This document shows, piece after piece, positions 20,875 to 28,410 of a stretch of DNA of 28,410 bases. Position 1 is the stretch's first letter, and each line of letters begins with the position of its first letter. Location of the stretch: NCBI GenBank assembly GCA_054600435.1, contig BAAIJX010000009.1:620001-648410 (forward strand), read 5' to 3'. Below the pieces are notes generated by a model. It had not been told where the DNA came from. It made no database searches and saw only the letters and a list, made by a program, of their open reading frames with translations. The stretch is from Neophaeotheca triangularis. Its lineage: Eukaryota. Both the position numbers and the translations under genes were made by a program.

Positions 20875-21702
20875 CTACACCCTCTCCTCCTCCTCGACCT
20901 CACCACCGTGCTTCATCATCTTGCCATAGCAGTCCATGCCAACCCGGCACTTGCCGCTGGCGTTGACCCCGCCATCAACCGCGCCCTCGGCTCCCGCCTC
21001 TTCGCCACGCTCCACGTACAGCGGGCCATGGCGCTGCACCTCCCTCACTTCCAAGAGCCCGTCGAGCTCGACGCCATCGACGATTTCGCGCTTGTACGGC
21101 CGGACGTCGCCGATCGTCCCCTTGATCTGGTGCGGTTCGTTGTTCCAGGGGTTCTCGTAGCGCTGGAACTGGCCGTGGTGCTGGAAGCCGCCGGCCTGGC
21201 GGGGCTGCATTTGGCTCTTGCCGGAGCCCGAGTCGTAGTCGTCGGAGGAGGAGGAGGTGGAGGAGGTGACGTCGCGCTTGTACGGTCGGATGTCGCCGAT
21301 CGTGCCCTTGATCTGGTGCGGTTCGTTGTTCCAGGGGTTCTCGTAGCGCTGGAACTGGCCGTGGTGCTGGAAGCCCCCGGCCTGGCGGGGCTCGAGGGGG
21401 CCCTTGTCGTCGGCGCCAGAGGCCGAGTCGTCGTCGCTGCTGCTGCTGCTGCTGCGCTTGCGCCCGATGATGCCGGCCAGTGGGGCTGGCATCACGTGCG
21501 CGAAGACTTCGCCGTCGCGCGCTGCCGCGCCGCCCGCGTAGGCCATGCCGCCGGCTTGGCGCGGCTTCAGCTGCTGCTGCTCCTCGTCCGGGAGGGGAGG
21601 GTTGAGGGTGCCTGTGCGGTGGAAGCGGCCGATGCGCACGGGAGCGCCGAAGACGAGGGGGTTGAGGAGCGCGAGGCTCATGATGGCGGTGGTGCAGTGC
21701 AT
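20875..21702 (-). CDS. Secreted Kex2-processed repeat protein (KEP) / peptide precursor, 275 aa
   Basis: AAG-ATG start, signal peptide MHCTTAIMSLALLNPLVFG|AP; three PR|QAGG...KR cassettes separated by Ser/Asp-rich spacers; strong C/G-ending codon bias in this frame. Confidence 0.8.
   Translation of the reverse strand: MHCTTAIMSLALLNPLVFGAPVRIGRFHRTGTLNPPLPDEEQQQLKPRQAGGMAYAGGAAARDGEVFAHVMPAPLAGIIGRKRSSSSSSDDDSASGADDKGPLEPRQAGGFQHHGQFQRYENPWNNEPHQIKGTIGDIRPYKRDVTSSTSSSSDDYDSGSGKSQMQPRQAGGFQHHGQFQRYENPWNNEPHQIKGTIGDVRPYKREIVDGVELDGLLEVREVQRHGPLYVERGEEAGAEGAVDGGVNASGKCRVGMDCYGKMMKHGGEVEEEERV
21088..21390 (-). repeat. Intragenic direct repeat: two 117-nt copies (21274-21390 and 21088-21204), period 186 nt
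   Basis: Both copies encode PRQAGGFQHHGQFQRYENPWNNEPHQIKGTIGD(I/V)RPYKR; differences are a few synonymous changes plus I/V. Confidence 0.95.
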
Positions 21703-22743
21703 CTTGGTGAGGAGAAGGGGGTGTTGGTGGTTGTGGCTGCTGTTGGTTGGGGTTGGGATGGATTGGATTTGGTTTGGTTTGGACTGAGTGTGACTTGTTC
21801 TTTCCTTGGTGATTGCTGAGATGACAGGGAGAAGAAAGGAAGACGACCGGCAAGGGCGGAGAGAGAGGTACTTAAGGGTGGAAAAGGAGATGAAAGGTCC
21901 TCACGTTTTGGACACATCGAGGACACTAACTCGCAGAGGTACTCCTGGCTTCTTATGCGATTAGTAGGACACTTACTGTCTCGACTCTACGCGATGCAAG
22001 CACTACACCACTCAAGAGGCTGAGGACATAGTTGTGTTGACGTTACAGCCAGGAGAGCTAGTAATGACCCCTTTCTGATTGGCTTCGCGTGGAGCTTTGG
22101 CATAATTCAACAGTTGCCTCACAATTTGAACTTCAATCAAGTGATGACAAGCTCCACCAAGCCTTTTCGATAACCTGAACGACGGAATGGTCGCAGTTGA
22201 GTATTTTTGTTCAGCGCAGATGCGACACCAGCAATGCAAGACATTGTGCTCGAACTTGTCAACGAAGGTGTCCTAGATGCCGGCCGTGAGCTACACGCTA
22301 TCCCCGACACCACCACACACGTACGCCGGGATCGCTTTGGTGAATGCGCACGACAACTTCAATTCATAATCAGATGGAATGCTCCGTCCCGACTCTGTGG
22401 CTCCGGGCCGCTGATGTCCTCCCAAACACCTCAGATCATGACTACTTCCTCGCTTTCTACAGGTGCTACAACGGCGGTACGACAAGTCTCTTGCAAGCAG
22501 CTAGAAGAACAACCAAAATTAAGACTCAGACTTTTAGTGCAAACTCCAGTAACTCGGACAGTATGTAAGTAAAAAGACACTCAACAGAAAATCAAAGCAA
22601 CAAAAGCAAAAGCAAAAGCAAAAATCAACACAAAATCAGAAGCAGCCACTTCTCCAAAAACACAAAACCTCCAAACAACCTTAACACGCTCCTCAAGCTC
22701 CCGAACAAGCTCCAAATCCGCACCATCCACCCGCAACAAAGTT

Positions 22744-23700
22744 TCACTCCTCACGAACAGACTCCTCCTCCTCCTCCTCCAAAACCGGCCCGAGCCCACC
22801 AAGCCCCAACCTGCCCATACCCTGCTCCCTCAACTTCTTCAACTCGACATCCAAACCCTCGACCTCGAAATCCACGTCGTCGAGATGCACGCCCTGGAAT
22901 TCGACGTGCACGCCCTTGATATCCTCGGCAGCGTCCTCGGCAGCTTCCTCCGGGCGGTTTCCGCCGACCGCACCCTCGTTCTGCACACCTCTCTCGGCGA
23001 GCTTGGTAGGCGTGGTGGCCGTTGCCTCGGACGAGGTGCGGACGGTCGGGATCGGCGACGTGCGCCTGGTGGGGATCAGCGGGTTGCGGTCGACGGCGCC
23101 CTGGACAATCTCCGGGTGGTCCCGGTAGGGCTGGAAGGCATGGCGTTCTGGGTTGCGCGCCGCGAGCTGCGCGTTCTCCGTCGCCGCCTGGCGGGTGGTG
23201 CTGGCTTTGGAGTTCGCCTGCTTCGTGACGACGACGGTGACGAGGGTGCTGAGTACGGCCGTGGGTAGGCTGGCCGGGGCGACGCTTTCCTCGGAAGAGG
23301 TGTGGACGGTGGGGGTCGGGGAGGTGCGGACGGTGGGGATCGGGGAGGTGCGCCTGGTGGGGATCAGGTTGACGGCATTGTTGGCGGTCAGGACCACGGT
23401 GAACGGGTTGCCGTTGCGGTTGATGCCGGCGACGGTGGTGACGACCGGGTCGTCGGCGAGCAAGAGCTCGTCAAGGGGCAAGAGCTCGTCGTCGATGGGT
23501 GGGTTGCCGTAGAACTTCTTGCGGTTGAAGTCTTTGATGGGTGCGAACTCCTCGGGAGGCTCACGGTAAGGCTCCTCGGCCCCGTTGCCTTTGATTGCAT
23601 TTCCCATGCGGTCTGAGACATGGAGCATTTTCTCGCGGAACCCGGCTTCCGCGCCAGAGAGTGTGGCGCAAATGGCCGCGAGGATGGTGGTGGTCTTCAT
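22744..23700 (-). CDS. Secreted Thr/Pro-rich repeat protein with acidic C-terminus, family not recognised, 318 aa
   Basis: ACC-ATG at 23700, signal peptide MKTTTILAAICATLSGAEA|G; LIPTRRTSPIPTVRTS present twice (23320-23367, 23032-23079); codon bias supports this frame. The upstream TTG start in the ORF track runs through 5'UTR microsatellites. Confidence 0.75.
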   Translation of the reverse strand: MKTTTILAAICATLSGAEAGFREKMLHVSDRMGNAIKGNGAEEPYREPPEEFAPIKDFNRKKFYGNPPIDDELLPLDELLLADDPVVTTVAGINRNGNPFTVVLTANNAVNLIPTRRTSPIPTVRTSPTPTVHTSSEESVAPASLPTAVLSTLVTVVVTKQANSKASTTRQAATENAQLAARNPERHAFQPYRDHPEIVQGAVDRNPLIPTRRTSPIPTVRTSSEATATTPTKLAERGVQNEGAVGGNRPEEAAEDAAEDIKGVHVEFQGVHLDDVDFEVEGLDVELKKLREQGMGRLGLGGLGPVLEEEEEESVREE

Positions 23701-23713
23701 GGTTGCGGTTGTC

Positions 23714-23755
23714 GTTGTTGTTGTTGTTGTTGTTGTTGGTTGGTTGGTTGGTTGG
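23714..23755. repeat. (TTG)n + (TTGG)n microsatellite in the 5'UTR of the 318-aa secreted protein
   Basis: Direct reading; (CAA)n immediately upstream of the ATG on the coding strand. Confidence 0.9.
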
Positions 23756-24815
23756 TGGTGGAGTCTGTAAGGATCGTTGGGCTTGCGGTGTTGGTGAGTT
23801 CTGGGACTTGAGAGTAAAGGGAAGGACTGATGGAGGAAGCAGGAAAAAGAAGCCTTCTTATACTTGCCCGGGAGACCAGCGCTAAGCACGTACAACTAGG
23901 GTCACAGCACTGGCTTACCTTCGATGCTCGCAAATGGTCAATGCTAAGACGCTGTCGAGATCTACAAGGCAGTTGATGACTAGGTTGCATTCAGTGGGCG
24001 TCTGCTGGTGCTCGAAGACCGCTTAGAAGCCAAAGGCTGGAGATCAAGATTACCCTCTTACTGACCTAGGCTTACATCTCCGGCAACTGGGATGGTTCGC
24101 AATCTCACACCTCACGAGCAGGCGTAGGCGAAGCTACAACCAGCGGTCATTGGTTGGTCGTAAGCCCACGGCAGAAACTCGAGAGGAGCATCACCGGGGG
24201 TGGTATTTGCAGATGCAAGACGAGTCCACATTCGCGCACCCGGCAAGCTGGACGGTCCAGTAGGGCTGGCTCCTCGTGGGTTGAGTAGATGTTCAAATCG
24301 CGTTCAGGGCTAGAGCATGTCCTCAAGACGCCACTCAGGATCATGACCCAGGTCACCGGGAAAGCGAGCATTGCAGAATTGGGATGATGAGTTACTTTCC
24401 CCGGGCTCAGGCGAACCGTACATATTCAGCGAGGTAATTTTCTTTCCAGCGTGTCAACAGGCTTGAATTCTCCCTCATCAAAGCCTCGCTCAAGCACTCC
24501 CTAGCTTGTTAAAGATGCCAGGTAAGGTCTCCTACTCATCAATTCAACCTTTCAATCGATTCTCTCGGCGCATTTACAGGTTATAAGCTCTGCTGGATAG
24601 TATATTTCCGGCTTACTTTAAGTGCTAGTTAGTACATTTGCTGTATATGCTGTTGATATCCTGATACTGTTGTGCTCGATCTCTTTTCGTATCGCTTCGT
24701 GTCGCGCTGCTCAAACCTCGTCAACCTTTCCCATCTAACGCATGTCATGTCTTCAAATCATAAATACAAACCACGACATAGTCGAACCCCCATCCCCTCA
24801 CTACTCCCTCCACCC

Positions 24816-27149
24816 TCAAGGCAAAGCAGCACTACTAACATACCCGCCCGCCTCGCCGCCCAAATCCTTCCACTGCTCCTTCGTCCCCTGAGCCTTCCCA
24901 TGCTCATCCACTTTCCTCTCAACCTCCCTCCTCTCCCTCTTCTCCTCCTTCTTCCCCTCCCAACTCCCCTTGACCCTCGACAACTTATCCTTAGTCCACC
25001 CGCCAAAACTCTTCTGATTCCTCTCCTCCACCTCCCTCTCCAACCCCTCCTCCGTACTCTCCCCTTGAGCCTCGGCAGCTTTCCGCTCCTCCTCTTCCTT
25101 CTCCTCCTGCTGCTGCCTCGCCCGCTCTTCGCGAACGACTTCATCGACGTCTAGGTCCTCGAAACCGATTTGCTTCAAAATCGTGCCGTTGAGTAGCCGG
25201 TAAGAGGTGTGGCCTTCGACGTGCTCGCTGACGTCTACGTTTTCCACGCCCGCGACGTTTTCGATCCGCTGGAGCCCAGCGACGCCGTATTGGAAGTTGG
25301 AGCTGCGGTAGAGGAAGGCGAGGATGTAGTCTTTGGTGCTGTAGACGTTGACGAGGCGGCCGGAGACGACGGTGCGGAGCAGGCGCCAGTCGGCCGCGTC
25401 CGAGGGCACGGGGGAGCCGATGAGCACGGCCGATTCCACGAGCCCGAAAGCTCGCCGTTCCGCTAGTCGGTGCAGGCAGGTGTAGATTACTTTGGCGCCA
25501 AGGCTGTAGCCTACGAGTGTTACCGGGCGTTCGCCCTGGACTTTGCTGATGAGGGCTTCGGCGAGCACTTCGCCGGCTTTTTGCGCGCGGTAGCTGGCGA
25601 CGCTCCAGGGGTTGTCGATGACGCGGCCGACTTTGAGGAGGGCCAGGGGCCACAGCCCGGCGGTCAGGGCGCCGAAGACGGTGCGTTTGATGATTTCGCT
25701 TTTGGCCACGCTCCACGCGGCGGATTTGACCATGGTCGTCAGGCTGTTGCCGAGATTGAGCAGGGCCTCGAGTTCCCAGCGCAGCGCGAAGTCTTCCAGG
25801 TCGCTACCGAGAACTTTCCACGGCTCGATGACTTCAGTTTTGGAAGTCAGCCAGCCGGAGATGCCGATTCCGACGCGGAGCCGCCGGGTTTCGAGAGCAT
25901 TTTTACTTTCGCGGAGATGGGGTGTGCGGACCGGGATGAAGGCGAAGTCTTCGACTTGGCGTGCGTATTGGTCCATCATTTTACCCGTCATGCGGCCGCC
26001 GTAGGCGCCGAAGAGACCACCTACTAACACGCTCGAGCCGGCTATGGCGCCCAAGTAGCCTGCTGTGGCTGTCGCGCCGAGTCCCAAACCGCCCATGACG
26101 GTTCCCACGCCTGCTGCAAGGAGGGGTGCTGCTAGGCCGCCTGTGATGCCTATGAGGGCGGCGCCTCCGACTGCGGCTAGACCCACGGTCCATTTACGCT
26201 TGGTGGAGCCCTGTTCGGCTTTCTTCTTGGTTTCTTCGTCGGCGTTCATGTTCTCGGCTGCCGCGAGGAGACCTTGGGCTACTTTTGCTTCGTCTTGGGT
26301 CAAAATTGACACTTCCAGATCCAAGCTATTGCACAGACGGAGCAGCAGGATGCGCGAATGCGATTGGTAGTGCTCTAGACTCAGCATGAGAAGAAGGCAG
26401 GCGTGTAGAATTAGCATTCGCTTCTCTTTTGGCAGGTCCTTCAAGGAAGTATCGATGGGTGGGTATAGTCTGTTGGTGGTTTCAAAGACGGCCTGGTCGT
26501 ATTCGGGCATCTTTGCAGGTCTGGCGGGTAGAGGTGGACGTTCTTCATCGACTTTACCTTGGGCATTCTTTTCCTGAGACCGCGCCTTTTCCTTGGAATT
26601 GACCACCTCGCCGACTCTCGTGATGACCTGGTCTCTCCAGTCGTCAAAGAACTTCAACGCCTCCGTCTTCAACTCCTGCATCTTTGGCCCACTGAGTTCT
26701 TTGTCCCTCTTCTGGAAATCCTTCTCCAGCTTCGCGGCCTCCTTTTCATCATTTTGCGCATCCTTCTGAATCTCCTTGCCCCGCTTCTCCAATTCCTTCT
26801 CCCCCTTCTTAGCCTCATCCTCACTACCTGCGCGCTGCTTCGCTTCCTCAGCCTCGGCCAACTTGGCATCGGCTTCCGCATTTGCCTCCTCCCCGTGCAA
26901 CGCCAAGCCCTCGAGTTTCTTCAACACCATCTCGTCGTCTTTGCCAGTCTGGTTGGGGTCGAAAATATCGACGATGCCTTTGCGCATGCGCTCGGTACAG
27001 TCTGCAATGAGCAAGGTGAGGGCACCGCGGTCTTCATCGTGGGGCAGAATGGTCAAGAGCGAGTCCCCTTCTTGATCGCCTTGGTTGGCTTTTTCCTCGG
27101 GCTCTTTATGGGAGAAGGCGCCCGAGACTTTGCTGAACATGCCGGACAT
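24816..27149 (-). CDS. DUF726 (TMCO4/Mil1-like) alpha/beta-hydrolase-fold membrane protein, 777 aa
   Basis: RKWTVGLAAVGGAALIGITGGLAAPLLAAG, IGISGWL, ALRWELEALLNLG, IDNPWSVA, QGERPVTLVGYSLGAKVI (nucleophile elbow), VVSGRLVNVYSTKDYILAFLYR, GHTSY. Confidence 0.92.
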   Translation of the reverse strand: MSGMFSKVSGAFSHKEPEEKANQGDQEGDSLLTILPHDEDRGALTLLIADCTERMRKGIVDIFDPNQTGKDDEMVLKKLEGLALHGEEANAEADAKLAEAEEAKQRAGSEDEAKKGEKELEKRGKEIQKDAQNDEKEAAKLEKDFQKRDKELSGPKMQELKTEALKFFDDWRDQVITRVGEVVNSKEKARSQEKNAQGKVDEERPPLPARPAKMPEYDQAVFETTNRLYPPIDTSLKDLPKEKRMLILHACLLLMLSLEHYQSHSRILLLRLCNSLDLEVSILTQDEAKVAQGLLAAAENMNADEETKKKAEQGSTKRKWTVGLAAVGGAALIGITGGLAAPLLAAGVGTVMGGLGLGATATAGYLGAIAGSSVLVGGLFGAYGGRMTGKMMDQYARQVEDFAFIPVRTPHLRESKNALETRRLRVGIGISGWLTSKTEVIEPWKVLGSDLEDFALRWELEALLNLGNSLTTMVKSAAWSVAKSEIIKRTVFGALTAGLWPLALLKVGRVIDNPWSVASYRAQKAGEVLAEALISKVQGERPVTLVGYSLGAKVIYTCLHRLAERRAFGLVESAVLIGSPVPSDAADWRLLRTVVSGRLVNVYSTKDYILAFLYRSSNFQYGVAGLQRIENVAGVENVDVSEHVEGHTSYRLLNGTILKQIGFEDLDVDEVVREERARQQQEEKEEEERKAAEAQGESTEEGLEREVEERNQKSFGGWTKDKLSRVKGSWEGKKEEKRERREVERKVDEHGKAQGTKEQWKDLGGEAGGYVSSAALP

Positions 27150-27637
27150 GTTTGGTGGGTGAATGAGTGAGTGATGGGGGGGTGGGGGGGTTGTGTGGTT
27201 TGTACTCTCTACATGGAGACGGATGAAAAGACGAAGGAAAGGAGAAGGGAGGGGAGGTGAGTGGGATGTGGAGGGGATGTGAGGTAGGTAGGACGTACCT
27301 TAGGTAGCTGTAGCTCTACGTCATTCGATAGTGCACTCCTGAGGCCCAGCCCTATGCCGTCCGTCCCTGCATGAAGGAAGCCATTTTGTGCCATTGATTG
27401 ATTATTTCAATGCCCGCGGATCTGCGGGGCGCGGGCGTCACTCGGAGCATGTGAAACAAAGCCAAAGCAACGCGTCCTCAAAGGTACTGTACTACTTATA
27501 AGTTACTAGTAGGTATGGAAGTTAATCGCTGCACCAGGCAATATTAATGGTAAACACCTTAAGTTAACGATACATAGTAATCGGAAGACAACGACACCTT
27601 CTGATGATATTGTCAATCAACCAATCCTCGTACTAAA

Positions 27638-28383
27638 ATGGACCCCACGTCGCCACTGCAGTCCAATCGGTCCACCATACGGCCCGAGAAGCGTGACAAG
27701 CGACCATCTTTTGTCAAGTCAATGTCAATAATGAAGCCATCTCCAAGTCCCTCCTCTACTCCAGCTACTTCCGCTACTATTTCCGAGGCCTTGAAGAGCC
27801 CTACCATGCAAGACTCGCCCTTGACTCTGCAATCGAGGCCCCAAGTCTTTGAACCAAAGGTCGTTGGCTTATACAGGGACCTGTTCCGCGTGAGTTTTCG
27901 ACTCGTCTTATCATCTTAACTAACTAACTAACTGAATAAATAAATAAATAAATACATAACTAACTTGGCTTTAGAACGTCCAAGATGATGAGAAACCCGA
28001 AGGCTTCTGGCGAGAGCTCTTCTTGCTCAAACCAGACACTCTTCGTCTACGAACCATCCTTCACGACACAGACGCCCACTTCCTCCTCCACATACCGCAC
28101 CATTCGCAGCAACTGGTAGTCAACGCCACGGCGCAAATCAAAGCAGGCCAAGCTCCTTCGGACGAGAATGCGCTCGAGGTGAGGTCTCCTTATTGCCATT
28201 CTGTCCTGGCCTGTCGACTCATGACTTAGACTTTGACAGTCTTCTTCGCCGTCGTTCTGGCCAAGAAGTATACGAACCCGAGCTCTGATATCATCGAGCT
28301 TCTGGCTGGTTTGGATCAGGTTGATGCCGTCTTTACTGAATTGGTTGCTGTGCTTGATTACGCGATCAAAGATGGAAGAACGC
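27638..28383 (+). CDS. ARMH3/DUF1741-family armadillo-like protein, 5' part, join(27638..27889,27975..28178,28230..28383,...); continues past the right edge
   Basis: Spliced product ...SPLTLQSRPQVFEPKVVGLYRDLFR|NVQDDEKPEGFWRELFLLKPD...DENALE|TLTVFFAVVLAKKYTNPSSDIIELLAGLDQVDAVFTELV. Canonical donors GTGAGT/GTGAGG and TAG acceptors. Alternative in-frame start at ATG 27806. Confidence 0.8.
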
Positions 28384-28410
28384 GTGAGTCTGCCCCCCGG
28401 TCTCCCCCCC

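Noticed and set aside
21088..21390. KEP as an alpha-pheromone or dikaritin (ustiloxin-type) precursor
   Set aside because: Cores of 35 aa are far longer than those products, there are no Ste13 dipeptide leaders, and no DUF3328 gene is seen nearby.
20908..21853. 303-aa + strand ORF and 292-aa alternative minus-frame ORF over the KEP
   Set aside because: Shadow frames; only 20875-21702 has an ATG in good context, a signal peptide and processing sites.
22207..22572. 121-aa + strand ORF between the two secreted genes
   Set aside because: No recognisable motif, lacks the codon bias of neighbouring genes, and lies in the probable KEP promoter.
24522..24579. Intron-like GTAAGG...TACAG unit
   Set aside because: No good branch point, and splicing gives only a ~19-codon ORF.
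27452..27458. TGAAACA pheromone-response-element match
   Set aside because: Single 7-mer, not next to a mating gene; compatible with chance.
1..28410. tRNA, rRNA, transposase/retroelement ORFs, CRISPR arrays
   Set aside because: No such signatures recognised by eye; repeats present are microsatellites or coding repeats.

Overview
Eukaryotic DNA from a filamentous ascomycete (short GT-AG introns with CTRAC branch points; probably a Dothideomycete, which is inference only). I can support 11 protein-coding genes: the 5' end of the Ste11 MAPKKK (minus), a Pro/Ser-rich DUF7514-type protein, nicotinamide riboside kinase head-to-head with a secreted/membrane thioredoxin-like protein, an intracellular GH51 alpha-L-arabinofuranosidase divergent from an MFS sugar porter, Rab GGTase alpha (BET4), two tandem intronless secreted repeat proteins I cannot assign to a family, a DUF726/TMCO4/Mil1-like protein, and the 5' part of an ARMH3/DUF1741 gene. 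The most notable item is the gene at 20875-21702, built like a prohormone: signal peptide, then three PR|QAGG...KR cassettes, two of them near-identical 35-mers. It looks like a Kex2-processed peptide precursor and sits next to a second secreted repeat protein, with no DUF3328 tailoring gene in the window. Also notable: a ~570-nt non-coding island at 6121-6690 that folds by eye into a long G-U-rich rod plus a multibranch domain (candidate structured RNA), and a 112-codon in-frame RG/SR-rich continuation behind the TAG of the DUF7514 gene. All family calls come from motif recognition by eye; no database search was run.
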